A DNA stretch of 64,000 bases from Candidatus Kapaibacterium sp. (GTDB lineage: Bacteria; Bacteroidota; Ignavibacteria; Kapaibacteriales; UBA7675), in the NCBI GenBank assembly GCA_028284775.1, contig JANQRB010000044.1, positions 65,342 through 129,341 on the forward strand, read 5' to 3'. A model generated the notes under the pieces. The model had not been told where the DNA came from. It made no database searches and saw only the letters and a program-made list of their open reading frames with translations. Position 1 is the first letter of the stretch. Each line of letters begins with the position of its first letter. This document shows positions 1-9,798 of this stretch, piece by piece. The position numbers and the translations under genes are program-made.

Positions 1-512
1 TTCTGTACATCGAGCGCGGCGGCATTGTTTAAGGCGGTCGCTGTTTGACCGGGCGGCTGCAATTGCGTAAAATTGCCGCCGACGTAGAGCGTATTGCCAT
101 TAAGCGCCAGCGCGTTGACCGGGCCGTTGGGATTCGGCAGCCAGCTAGTCGTTACATTGCCGTTGTCGTCTACATGCGCAAGATTGTTAAGCACTGTGCC
201 GTCGACATTGCTAAAGTTGCCGCCGAGGAAAAAACCGCCGACGCCGTCCGGCACTGCGGCATTAACAGCGCCGTTTGCAATGGGCACCGGATTGACCACG
301 GCAAAGTCCCGCGGGAAAAAGGCGGTCGTCGTTACGAGCGCTGCGTTACCGGTAAACTGCTCAACGCTCTGAAAGTTGCCGCCGAAAATTAAGGTATTAT
401 TGTGGACGACTACGCTGCGCACTTCGCCGTTAACGTTCGGCACTTGCGCCTTAACATCGCATACAAGCCAGCACAGCAACATAGTGCAGGCAATACTCCA
501 TCGCTTAAGCAT
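1..512 (-). CDS. Secreted repeat protein, N-terminal part (delta-60 / DUF5122-like beta-propeller repeats); ATG at 512..510, 3' end lies beyond window start
   Basis: Minus-strand translation from ATG (plus 'cat' at 510-512) gives MLKRWSIACTMLLCWLVCDVKAQ (signal peptide, AQ cleavage) followed by repeated ~35-aa units each containing GGNF (LIFGGNFQSV, FFLGGNFSNV, LYVGGNFTQL). AAGGAGA Shine-Dalgarno 5 nt upstream (revcomp of 517-523). Not in ORF track because it is truncated by the window edge. Confidence 0.55.
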   Translation of the reverse strand, partial: MLKRWSIACTMLLCWLVCDVKAQVPNVNGEVRSVVVHNNTLIFGGNFQSVEQFTGNAALVTTTAFFPRDFAVVNPVPIANGAVNAAVPDGVGGFFLGGNFSNVDGTVLNNLAHVDDNGNVTTSWLPNPNGPVNALALNGNTLYVGGNFTQLQPPGQTATALNNAAALDVQ

Positions 513-1319
513 GGAATGATTCTCCTTAACAAAGTGGAATAATGCTCCGTCGGGCACAGGCCGGACGAAGTTGATCTTGAATTGTCTGATCGTAGTAAGT
601 CTGCCGGCAGGCATGCGATTCACAGCGCCGGCGGGAATTACAGTCAGAGCACAATACTCTCGTCGGGGCCTGAGGGAAAGCCCGATGAAAAGTGCTTAGT
701 GTCAGTTCTAGAGGGAAATACCTGCAGCCTGCTCCACCAATGTGATCAGGAGCGACTGTTCCGGCCTGCAACTTGCTCAGCGCCTGAGATATGCCGGCGG
801 AGCGGAAGCAGGGATGTGAGTGCTTTCGTAGCTTCGACGCCGCACGGAATGAAATCCGCGCAGCTCCATCATCGATGTGCCGATGCTGACAGGGCCGGCG
901 CCGACTGAGCGCCGTTCTTGTCGCCGGACACGAATTGCAGGACGTTTAACAGCGAAGAGCTCAAAGTCAATCTGTCTGTCTACGCGCTGGATAAAGCCCA
1001 AAGCGCTGTTGTCACTCGGACAAATTTCACACAATGGACGCGGAGCGGAAAATTATTATCCGGCCCCAGTGAGAATTCTACACTTGAGTTCGACGGCAAT
1101 TCGTGTTGCACAAATTTCGATTTCAGCCTGTTTCAGCCCTTTTTTGACTGGTAAAAGAAAGATTTCTATTTTATTTTGCTCCTCAAGAAACCTTCTTCAT
1201 AGCAGCGCACTCTCTCAACTATCGATTTGCAGATTGATGTATTCCGGAAAAACTCTTTTTGGAACGCTATGCTTTGCTGCGGTTTCGCCGAAGCAGTAAA
1301 CTGATAATGGAGACGTCGC

Positions 1320-2909
1320 ATGCCAAGGAGACGCAAATCAGATCTGTTTGATCTTGTCAAGTCGCTGACAAAATCAGAAAAACGCTATTTCAAGCTCTAT
1401 GCGACGCGTCAAAAGAAAAACGCCAGTAACAAGTACGTACTGCTGTTCAATACACTGGATGAGCAGGAGGAGTATGACGAAGCCGGCATTCTGGCGGCGA
1501 ATATTTCGAGGGATGAGAAAGGTTTGGCAAGCCTGAAGAAATATCTTTACGACCTGATTCTCAAGGCGCTACAGGATTTTCACACGGTCAGCTCCAGGAG
1601 CGTACGGCTGGAAATCAAAGACAAGATTGCGCGCGCATCCTTCCTTTTCAACAAAGGACTATTTAAACAATGCGCTACGCTTGTCGCCAAGGCGAAGAAA
1701 CTTGCCTTGGAGCACAATGAACTCATCCAGCTCCTTGAGCTCTACGACCTGGAGTCCATGCTTGCGACCAAAAAGGCCGGCTATTCATCCCAACTTAACA
1801 CCACTCTGGAAGGATTGCAGGAATTAGACCACGCCCGGATGAAGACACTGGACAGCCTTCGGACAGAACTGCACCTTCACAACCTGCTCGCGCAGCTTAA
1901 ACTCATCCTTTACAACGCTGACCACAGCTTTACAGGAGATCAGATTCAAAGGCTGGACGCGCTTATGGCCGACAAGCTGCTTGAGGACGAATCCAATGCC
2001 CGGACCTTTTTGTCGAAAGTATATTTTTATGCTATCCATGCTCTAAACTATCAGACATTAAACGACCTTGACAAGGCGCACACTTACTCGGGCAAACTTG
2101 TCGACCTGTATCGCAATGCGCCGGCGAAAGTCAGGAGCGGCCATGGACTGATCAATGTGATCGCCGCCTTTGGCCAGCATGCCGACAACTGCCTTTTGCT
2201 CGGACATTACGAGGAGTGCAAATCCCTGGTTGAAGAAGCGCGACTGCTTCAGCCGCACACCGATCATGACAAGGGACTGCTCTTTAGCTGCATTAACATT
2301 AATTTGCTCAACTGCTGGAGGGAATTGGGACAACTGCAGGAGTTCGGCGAGGGTCTGGCAGATATCGAAGCAGCGCTGGAGCGTTTCGGCGATAAGATTC
2401 ATCCCGGCAATCAACTCGTAATCGCCTATAACATCGTCATCAATCTAATTTGTATGAATCGTCACGCCGAGGCACTGGACTGGGCCAACAAGGTGTTGTA
2501 CAATCCATCCTTACAATTTCATCGGGATTTCGACGGGCTCATCCGTCTGATTATACTTGTTATTCACTACGAACTGCAAAACTTCGACGTGCTGGAATCT
2601 CTTGTACCTTCAACATTTCGCTACTTCGCCCAACATCGGACTGACAGCAAATTCGAGCAGTCCGTGCTGCGTTTTTTGCGGACGCTTCAACAGCGGACAT
2701 CCCATTCGTCGCTGATGTCGGGCTTTATGGATTTAAAGCGTGAACTGGAGCAACACCTGCGCCATGAAGAGTATCAGCGTGTTCTGCAGTATTTTGACTT
2801 CATCGCATGGCTGGAAAGCAAAATCAGCGGGCGTCCTTTTATGGAGGTATTCCTGGAACATGCGCCGCTGCGAAATGGACTTTGTCACGCTGCGGCTGCT
2901 GAATTATGA
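1320..2909 (+). CDS. Conserved hypothetical protein (529 aa), alpha-helical/TPR-like, basic N-terminus; function unknown
   Basis: Long uninterrupted ORF from ATG at 1320 with GGAGA 7 nt upstream. N-terminus MPRRRKSDLFDLVKSLTKSEKRYFKLY; no signal peptide; helical repeat-like composition. No catalytic motif recognised. Confidence 0.65.
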   Translation: MPRRRKSDLFDLVKSLTKSEKRYFKLYATRQKKNASNKYVLLFNTLDEQEEYDEAGILAANISRDEKGLASLKKYLYDLILKALQDFHTVSSRSVRLEIKDKIARASFLFNKGLFKQCATLVAKAKKLALEHNELIQLLELYDLESMLATKKAGYSSQLNTTLEGLQELDHARMKTLDSLRTELHLHNLLAQLKLILYNADHSFTGDQIQRLDALMADKLLEDESNARTFLSKVYFYAIHALNYQTLNDLDKAHTYSGKLVDLYRNAPAKVRSGHGLINVIAAFGQHADNCLLLGHYEECKSLVEEARLLQPHTDHDKGLLFSCININLLNCWRELGQLQEFGEGLADIEAALERFGDKIHPGNQLVIAYNIVINLICMNRHAEALDWANKVLYNPSLQFHRDFDGLIRLIILVIHYELQNFDVLESLVPSTFRYFAQHRTDSKFEQSVLRFLRTLQQRTSHSSLMSGFMDLKRELEQHLRHEEYQRVLQYFDFIAWLESKISGRPFMEVFLEHAPLRNGLCHAAAAEL

Positions 2910-2913
2910 TGTT

Positions 2914-3555
2914 TTACGAGTCCAATTCGTAAGCGCGCCGCAGCCAGTGCAGCACCGTGTCATCGATGTCTTCGATCGATGTCAGCGGAAATCGATGCGT
3001 AATACGATCCCCCTTCTGCAGTCCGCCCGTGGCGATCAGGCCCGCGGGCAGTTCTTCTCTCGAGTGTTTTAATGCCAGACCCAGGTCAATGCGTCTGCGC
3101 GTGGTCGGCTTGATTTGCGCAAAGACATTGTTGCGATAGAGCGGCACTGTTGTTTTAGTCGGGCTGGCTTTTACGGCCGGCCCGATATCCAGAGCAATGC
3201 CCAATATGTGCTCATACAATGAACGCAAGCCGCTTTTGGCTCCGGCATACATCGCATCCACGAGAGCTTCGGGTTTGTAATCATCAACGCCGCCGCGACC
3301 TTCGGCACGCCGGGCGATCAGCTCGGCCGTGGTCGTACCCAGGCCGAATTCCGCTTTGAGCCATTGGACGCGTTCGCCCTCCGTAGCGGCATCGGCCTCC
3401 GTAATGACCGCGATCCATTCGGCCAGCGTCCGGCCTGTTTTCTGCGGCAGATTATCTTCGATGGACTGCAGCCATGCAAAAGAAGGATGCAGCGTGTAAA
3501 CCGATTTTCGATTGCGAGGGGGCATAATCCGATTGTCGATTAGTCCAAAAGTCAT
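2914..3555 (-). CDS. DUF4287/DUF5655 family protein
   Basis: ATG confirmed (plus 'cat' 3553-3555). N-terminal segment SFAWLQSIEDNLPQKTGRTLAEWIAVI matches the DUF4287 signature (SFQAYLDxIxxKTGKTPxEF...). The C-terminal half (RIDLGLAL...RITHRFPLTSIEDIDDTVLHWLRRAYELD) resembles DUF5655. Confidence 0.7.
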   Translation of the reverse strand: MTFGLIDNRIMPPRNRKSVYTLHPSFAWLQSIEDNLPQKTGRTLAEWIAVITEADAATEGERVQWLKAEFGLGTTTAELIARRAEGRGGVDDYKPEALVDAMYAGAKSGLRSLYEHILGIALDIGPAVKASPTKTTVPLYRNNVFAQIKPTTRRRIDLGLALKHSREELPAGLIATGGLQKGDRITHRFPLTSIEDIDDTVLHWLRRAYELDS

Positions 3556-3638
3556 GTTCTTGAGTTGGATACGGGCACTGCGAAGCTACGACCGCATCAT
3601 CTAAGGTCATTGTACATTTTGGACATCGATTCGCCGGC

Positions 3639-4352
3639 TTAATCCAGATAGAAAAGCTTGCCCAGCACCCAGGCGACTCCGTTCGCCACCGCCGTCACCG
3701 GTCCCGGCGTACGATCGCGTTCCAGAATCAGGCGAATCGTGGTGTAAGCCACCTGAGCGCGCAGCGTCCGCAGTTGCGCTTCCAGCGTTTCAATCTTGAC
3801 CTGCACGCGGCTGAGCTCGTGTTCCAATGTGAGCAGATCTTTAAGGTTCTCCGCGCGTTCACCGAGCGCCTCCAGTCGAGACCGCAGCGCAATGGCGCTC
3901 TTGAGGCGTGCTTCCAGGTCAATGTAACGGCCTGTAACCTCGTCGGATGAAATGCGCCGATCGGTTTCGCGGCCCTGCTGCGCCAGTACATCCATCAGTG
4001 AGGTAAACTGCTCAACCGGCACACGCAGTTGCAGGTCGGCGTGGTCCTCATCGCCGGTACTGGATGATTCGACATAGCCGCCGGCTTCTTCCGTGGCCTG
4101 GCGGGCGACGGACACTGCCGGCTCCACCTCATCGACCTCCAGCGTTTGCGAGGCACGCCAGATAACCTGACGCTTAAGGTCGGCGGCCTGACTTTCTTTG
4201 TCGAGAGTGTTCGGTTGATTGGCCTGCGCTATTCTGTGCGGCGACGTCGCCTGACGCGCTACTTGCGAACAGGCGCTCAGCAGGACGGCGCAGCAGGCAA
4301 TTGCGAGGAAATTTCTTAGGAGGGCAGTCGATCCAGGGCGGGGGCAATACAT
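3639..4352 (-). CDS. DUF4349-like coiled-coil lipoprotein (start reassigned to internal ATG at 4352)
   Basis: The ORF track extends to 4754, but the first 134 residues are featureless. Met135 (plus 'cat' 4350-4352) begins MYCPRPGSTALLRNFLAIACCAVLLSAC, a lipoprotein signal with an LSAC lipobox. The C-terminal region (RISSDEVTGRYIDLEARLKSAIALRSRLEAL...LEHELSRVQVKIETLEAQL) is typical of DUF4349. Confidence 0.6.
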   Translation of the reverse strand: MYCPRPGSTALLRNFLAIACCAVLLSACSQVARQATSPHRIAQANQPNTLDKESQAADLKRQVIWRASQTLEVDEVEPAVSVARQATEEAGGYVESSSTGDEDHADLQLRVPVEQFTSLMDVLAQQGRETDRRISSDEVTGRYIDLEARLKSAIALRSRLEALGERAENLKDLLTLEHELSRVQVKIETLEAQLRTLRAQVAYTTIRLILERDRTPGPVTAVANGVAWVLGKLFYLD

Positions 4353-4654
4353 TGGCAGTTCCCGTTTAGCTGATAGATAAACGCCGACGCCTGCCTGGCC
4401 GACACAGCTCACCGTCATTCGGGGCCATGGATAGGGCAGCGGGCATCCGGCATGGATTGCGGCCCCCATTCGCTGCCGTTCGGAGGATATTGAACTTTTT
4501 TTGGGGCCAGTTGAAAAAAGCTGCGGCTCGGGAGCGGCTTCAGGCGAAACGCAGCAAGGCAGTGACGAATCCCCCCGAGGGAGAAGATCCGTCACTGCCT
4601 TGCAAATACTGGCTTGTGCGAAACAAAGCTCTCCGAATGAGCTGTCGGCCGGCC

Positions 4655-7600
4655 TTATCTCGTGACAACGAATGTCGTGGCCATGCTGCGCTCTCCGACC
4701 TGCAGCGTACAGAGATACCAGCCCTCGGACAGTGCGCCTGTCGCGATCACACAACGATGTTCGCCCGCGCTGTAGATTCGACGGCTGCAGGGGCGCGCCA
4801 CCTCGACGCCGAGGGCGTTACGGATTACGATTGTGACTGGCTGTTCGGCCTCCGTCCTGAAGCGCAGCGCGGCGGCATCGGCGACGGGGTTTGGGAATAT
4901 CACCACATCGGTGGCGGGCGGGCGGGTCTCGCTAATGTCTGTGGTCAATTTAAAGTCGAAGGGGGTTGAACGCGATGAGCAGCCCTGGTCATTATACACC
5001 TCCACCTGATAGAGCCCACTGCTTGTCGGCTGGTATTCTCGCTCCGTGGCGCCCGGTATCACGCTTCCGTCTAGGAACCACTGATAAGCGGCGTGAGCTG
5101 TCGTACCGAGCCGGTCGCCGTCCTGCGTGATCAGCGGAAGCGCCGGCAGAGGAATGACATTAAGGGTACGGCTGACCGTAGCAACGCATCCCTCGGCACT
5201 GCTGTAGCGGTAGATAATCGTGTGCGCGCCCGGCCCAGCGACGGCGGCATTGAAGAGCGCGTCCATAACGCCCGGGCCTTCGTAGCTGCCGCCGGCAGGC
5301 GTACCGCCGGACAAGGACAATGGCTCGGCATCGACGCAGATATCCTCGATGGGCGCCAGAGATACCGCAGGCAAGGCATGAATCTGAAAGGAGTCGTCGT
5401 TTGTCAGGCTGCTGACCGGAGGATTGGTTCCGCGAAGACGGATGCGGTACTGCGTCCCGGCTTCGAGGTCCGGCGGCAGCGAAACCGCGATACTTCCCGC
5501 CGCCAGGGAGCGAAGGCGTCCCAGTTCCAGCACCGCGCTGAATTCACCTTGCGGATCGGAAAGCTCCGCCACAAACTCGTTGCCCTCCTCAAAAACGCGG
5601 CTGACGTCGTAGTCAATTACCATGTCATCGCCCGCGCAATAGGATAATTCTTCAAGCGCCTGCACAGCCAGCACCGGCTGCGGCGCTGCGGCAACGTTGA
5701 AATAGATTGTGTCGGACAGGTTTTTGTAGCTCGCGATGGCGAATGTCTCGCCTTCGGCAAGGGCGGTGAAGTGGGACTGATCCTCATCAAAAGAAATGAT
5801 TGAAGGATTATCGATTGTAATGCTTATGAAGTTGTTATTGTCGTTAAGCTCCGAGCTGAATGTCTCATAATAGACGCGGATTGTCGGTTGATAGGTCTCG
5901 CCCTTAACCAGGTTCACCGATGGAAGCTCGTTAACAATTGTAGTAGGTGCTTCTTCGCTCGTTGCGCTGAAGTCGAGTGTCCGCAGCGAATACAGCAGTG
6001 TGTCGCTGCTGCTGAAGGTAGCCAAAATTTCCAGAATCTGGTTGTCAATGAAGCTGCCGGAAATCGGTATGTTAACCCGCCAGCTTGTAGTGGAATTGTT
6101 CAAAATAATGACATCGTCGGGCGTGGCGACTTTCACTTCCTGTAAGAAAGCGGCCAAGGAAGTGTCGGCCAAATCCACTTCCACTTCCATAATACCGCCG
6201 ATTCGCAGGTCGGCGACAGGCGTCAAAATTTTGGCTGTAAGTTGGGTGCTGTCGTCGATAACGACAGGCTCGCCGGCGGCAATACGGTCACCCGGCCGAT
6301 GTTTTTCCTGCCTGAGATGCCGCGCGTTCGATGCCGGAATCGGCGCAAAGAAGTTCTGTGAGCTGCGCGAATTCAGCAGCTTGTTAACCAGATTGCCGAC
6401 CGCTATATCTTCCGTGACCGGCATAAACAGGGTATGGCCGATCGCGTCAAAGAAGGAATAATTCGGTCTGACGATCCATTCACTGTGCGGGAGTCCCGCA
6501 AGCTGACTGCCGCGGCCTACGATCAAGTCGCTTTCCCAAAAGAAGTCGGGGCTGATATTGTTTGCTCGCAGCACCGGTTCGAGTATCAAGGCCATGGCAT
6601 TCATCGAACGGGCGCGAATCGATCGGTCGCCGTCATTCAGCAGCCAGAACAATTCGGAGCGCAGGCCCCGGTAGTTAACGTCGGCGAAGGCACGCGCCAG
6701 ACGCCATACCACGAGCTGTTTAGACCACAAGGGAATCGTTTCCTCGATAGCGCCGTCATGAAGTGGGCCGTTGCCGGAGAACAGGTCCGTCCCGATCAGA
6801 TGCGTCGGCACCGGCGTTGCAGCAAAACGCACGCCCTGCCCAACACTAAGATCGTAAATTGCCGCCGGTGCAAAGAAACGCGCGTTACGACCTCGCCCCG
6901 CCATTTGAATATAATCTCGCAGCCAATCGGTCCTAATTGCCACCGTCCGGATGGCCGAGTGAACTCGCCGGAAACTGTGGTCATTGAGGCTAAGCTCGCG
7001 ATTCATGTGCGCAAGAAAATCGATCAGCAAATCGGCAAAGGGCGAGCCATTGTGCGGGGTATTGAGCGTAACTGCCCGATTAACATAGCCCTTGTTGCGA
7101 TTAAACAATGTGTTGTAGCCCGGCATCGCGGCGGCCTGCCGCAGAATCGAGCCTCCCATACTGTGCGCCACATAATCAAGCCGGCAGGCGGCAAAACCCG
7201 CGCGGTGCGCTACTCCAAGTGCGTTGAGGAATGAGCGTGCATTCCAGGCGCCGCCATTGCGATGGTACAAGAGAATTTCGGCATTGGCGCGGAAAGAAGC
7301 GCGCGGGGACAGCGAAGGTACCTGCAAGGAAACAAAACGCGGATCGCTGGCAAAGGCCTGGTTACGCAGGAAGGGCCTTTCGTAGCGGAAGTTGTCCCAG
7401 CTTGAGCTGCTGCCCCCCAGCCCATGCACCAGCATCAGGGGAGGACGGCAGATCTGAACCTGTTTCGCAGCCTCGCTCTGTGTGCCGTCCTGGTATTTGA
7501 CAGTCGCCAGCGCTTCGACCTCGCGAAGGCGGGCGTCGTCAAGATCGGAATCGACGCTAAAATCGTCCGGCGCAACATACCAGAAATAGTAGGCCTCCTG

Positions 7601-9547
7601 GTGCGCGATGCTCTGGCTTGCACTGACCGCCCGCGTCCCGTCGGCCTCGGAGCTATACAGGCCGCGGTAGTCACGTCGCGCCATCACCTTGCCCAGGGCT
7701 TCCGGGTCCCGGCTTTCGTAGCGATCGCGCAGTTGCAGCGAGACGGAAGCAACAGGCTTGCTTCCGCCTTCAACCCGGATAAAGATACGCGCAAGGCCGT
7801 CAGCTGCCACGCCCTGGGGCTCATCCGCCTGATAATCGTAAATATTGTCCCATTCCAGGCTGATGGCGGCATCGGAGGAAGCGCGCGCGGCAATCAGGAG
7901 CGATACGATGTTCGAGTAGGGATGGGGACGCACAATCAGACCGGCGGCAATCCGGTCGTCGGCATCGGATTTGCGCGTGCCGTCGTCGGCAACCGGCGTG
8001 ATGTCCTGCACCCGAAAGCTGAGATTACCGATGTGATCGGCCTTGACTATAAAAGACTTTCTGAAGGCGGCTGTACGGCCCAGCGCCGCGTAACCGGAGT
8101 GTGTTGCCAGGGAAACCCAGGAAGCGCCGTCGTTGCGGGAGTATTGTATCTCGTATTCGAAGTATCGTTTTGTGCCGGCGCCGTTGAGCCTATCCTCCGA
8201 ACGACGGCGGATAGCGTCCTTCCATTCCACAAAAATGACATCGCCCTGATAGTAGGTCTTGCCGTTTTCCGGCGCAAGCAGGTCGATGCGTCCCGCCGAC
8301 GCTTCGTCTTCGCGTAGTTCAAACTGATGACGGCTGCTGCTTTTACCGGAAGTATTGTCAGTACCGCGGACATAGTAGACACCGGACGGACTCGTCGCGA
8401 GGCTGTTGAAGCTAAAGTTAAAACGTCCCTCGGCATCGACTGTCACTTCCTCTTCGCTGTGATACAGACCGACATTGGTGATAAACAGCGTGGCCGCGGC
8501 ACCGGGAGTAAAGCCCGTCCCGCTGATGATCACATTGTCACCCGCCTCGATCTGCGCCGATGAAAGCGTCAGGGCCGGATTGCTAGGCGCGAAGACGTAG
8601 CCTACCCGGATGGAAACTTCCTGCCCGAGCTCGGAGCGGAGCTTAATCTCGCCGCTCGCGTCTCTCGGCGTCGTGCGGACATCTTTTTCTACGAGCGTCA
8701 GGGTCTGCTGCGCGCCGTCCTGCAGGTAGCCTTCGCTGATGGGCGAGATTACCAGCCAGTCGGGCTGCTCGACGATACTCCACTTCTGATTTATGCCGCT
8801 GCCGTTCGTGATCGTTATTGTGGCCGCCTGTCCCGAGAGCAGATTAAGTACGGCGGGAGACAGCGAAAAGGCCGGCGGCTGATAGTTAACCGTCACTTCT
8901 TTGTTGCCTACGCCGCTGCTCACCGTAAATGTTCCGAGCGGATTGCCGGCGGGCGGAGCGGTCTTTTCCGATACGCTGATCGTTTGAGATTCGCCGGGGC
9001 CCAATTCACCCTCCGTCAGCGAGAGCTTCAGCCAGGGCGTAATCTTGGTCGGCGCGACGTTCCACGTTATGCGTCCCGTGCCGCTGTTTTTGACCGTCAC
9101 CGTCGCCGAGCCGCCGGCAGGCAAGTCGACAGCAAGCGGTTCAACCGAGAGGACGGGAGATCCGCCGGCGCGGTAGATCAGGCGCCCAATCGATGGATCG
9201 TACCAGAAACCGTCGTTCTTATTGCGATAGCGGACCGCCCAGTAGTACTTTTTGCCTGGACTGAGATCTTTCCAGCGCGCCGTCCAGCCCGGGTTGTCCG
9301 GCGTAACGGTCTTCGAGCCTACATTCTCGCTGATCAAAACATTGTCCATATCCGGAGCATCGGCTATCAGGATGGTGTAGCTGCTTGCATCCGCATGCTC
9401 GCTCCAGTGGAAGGTCGGCATTGCCGAGAAGGAAGCTCCATTGACGGGACTGAGAAGAATTACGTCGGCGGCCAGTATCTTGTCGGTCGTCGAAAAACCG
9501 AACAAGGTCAGAATCGAGCTAAGTAGAATTGCCGATGAGCGATACAT
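4655..9547 (-). CDS. Giant secreted multidomain protein: class-2 lipase/PGAP1-like alpha/beta-hydrolase domain, multiple Ig-like domains and a T9SS C-terminal sorting domain (~1630 aa)
   Basis: Start set at ATG 9547 (plus 'cat' 9545-9547), with GGGAGG SD 9 nt upstream and signal peptide MYRSSAILLSSILTLFGFS. Hydrolase motifs LMLVHGLGGSSSSW and VAHSMGGSILRQ (GxSxG nucleophile elbow). The C-terminal ~80 aa (IFPNPVADAAALRF...GWYLCTLQV...) match the Por/T9SS CTD pattern. Confidence 0.85.
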   Translation of the reverse strand: MYRSSAILLSSILTLFGFSTTDKILAADVILLSPVNGASFSAMPTFHWSEHADASSYTILIADAPDMDNVLISENVGSKTVTPDNPGWTARWKDLSPGKKYYWAVRYRNKNDGFWYDPSIGRLIYRAGGSPVLSVEPLAVDLPAGGSATVTVKNSGTGRITWNVAPTKITPWLKLSLTEGELGPGESQTISVSEKTAPPAGNPLGTFTVSSGVGNKEVTVNYQPPAFSLSPAVLNLLSGQAATITITNGSGINQKWSIVEQPDWLVISPISEGYLQDGAQQTLTLVEKDVRTTPRDASGEIKLRSELGQEVSIRVGYVFAPSNPALTLSSAQIEAGDNVIISGTGFTPGAAATLFITNVGLYHSEEEVTVDAEGRFNFSFNSLATSPSGVYYVRGTDNTSGKSSSRHQFELREDEASAGRIDLLAPENGKTYYQGDVIFVEWKDAIRRRSEDRLNGAGTKRYFEYEIQYSRNDGASWVSLATHSGYAALGRTAAFRKSFIVKADHIGNLSFRVQDITPVADDGTRKSDADDRIAAGLIVRPHPYSNIVSLLIAARASSDAAISLEWDNIYDYQADEPQGVAADGLARIFIRVEGGSKPVASVSLQLRDRYESRDPEALGKVMARRDYRGLYSSEADGTRAVSASQSIAHQEAYYFWYVAPDDFSVDSDLDDARLREVEALATVKYQDGTQSEAAKQVQICRPPLMLVHGLGGSSSSWDNFRYERPFLRNQAFASDPRFVSLQVPSLSPRASFRANAEILLYHRNGGAWNARSFLNALGVAHRAGFAACRLDYVAHSMGGSILRQAAAMPGYNTLFNRNKGYVNRAVTLNTPHNGSPFADLLIDFLAHMNRELSLNDHSFRRVHSAIRTVAIRTDWLRDYIQMAGRGRNARFFAPAAIYDLSVGQGVRFAATPVPTHLIGTDLFSGNGPLHDGAIEETIPLWSKQLVVWRLARAFADVNYRGLRSELFWLLNDGDRSIRARSMNAMALILEPVLRANNISPDFFWESDLIVGRGSQLAGLPHSEWIVRPNYSFFDAIGHTLFMPVTEDIAVGNLVNKLLNSRSSQNFFAPIPASNARHLRQEKHRPGDRIAAGEPVVIDDSTQLTAKILTPVADLRIGGIMEVEVDLADTSLAAFLQEVKVATPDDVIILNNSTTSWRVNIPISGSFIDNQILEILATFSSSDTLLYSLRTLDFSATSEEAPTTIVNELPSVNLVKGETYQPTIRVYYETFSSELNDNNNFISITIDNPSIISFDEDQSHFTALAEGETFAIASYKNLSDTIYFNVAAAPQPVLAVQALEELSYCAGDDMVIDYDVSRVFEEGNEFVAELSDPQGEFSAVLELGRLRSLAAGSIAVSLPPDLEAGTQYRIRLRGTNPPVSSLTNDDSFQIHALPAVSLAPIEDICVDAEPLSLSGGTPAGGSYEGPGVMDALFNAAVAGPGAHTIIYRYSSAEGCVATVSRTLNVIPLPALPLITQDGDRLGTTAHAAYQWFLDGSVIPGATEREYQPTSSGLYQVEVYNDQGCSSRSTPFDFKLTTDISETRPPATDVVIFPNPVADAAALRFRTEAEQPVTIVIRNALGVEVARPCSRRIYSAGEHRCVIATGALSEGWYLCTLQVGERSMATTFVVTR

Positions 9548-9798
9548 TGAGCAGCCTCCCGAATTGAAAGGTGAGAAATTCTCTGGCATGCTTCAGGCAT
9601 GTAAGCTTGCGCACGAAGGAATAATTAACTGATACAAGCTAATTGCTACAAAGTTGGTCCGCAATACGGATGCGCTACTTACATGAGCATTATCGCCGTT
9701 TTTGAGCTTGATTCGAAGTATTTAAGTTGTCTAGCGGAATGTGCAATGGCACATTTTCGCATCGTGGCCACTCTTGATGATATATGATGGGCAGCCAT

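Noticed and set aside
45-392. Plus-strand ORFs 45..392 and 94..372 at the window start
   Set aside because: The minus strand here encodes a signal-peptide/GGNF-repeat protein with an SD, so the plus ORFs are its shadows.
3639-4754. Full-length 371-aa ORF from the track
   Set aside because: The first 134 residues are featureless. The internal Met at 4352 starts a canonical lipoprotein signal peptide, so the shorter gene is preferred.
5093-8317. Plus-strand ORFs 5093..5647, 6434..7234 and 7424..8317 (184-297 aa)
   Set aside because: They lie entirely antisense within the 1630-aa lipase/Ig gene and have no motifs or SD. They are typical GC-rich shadow ORFs.
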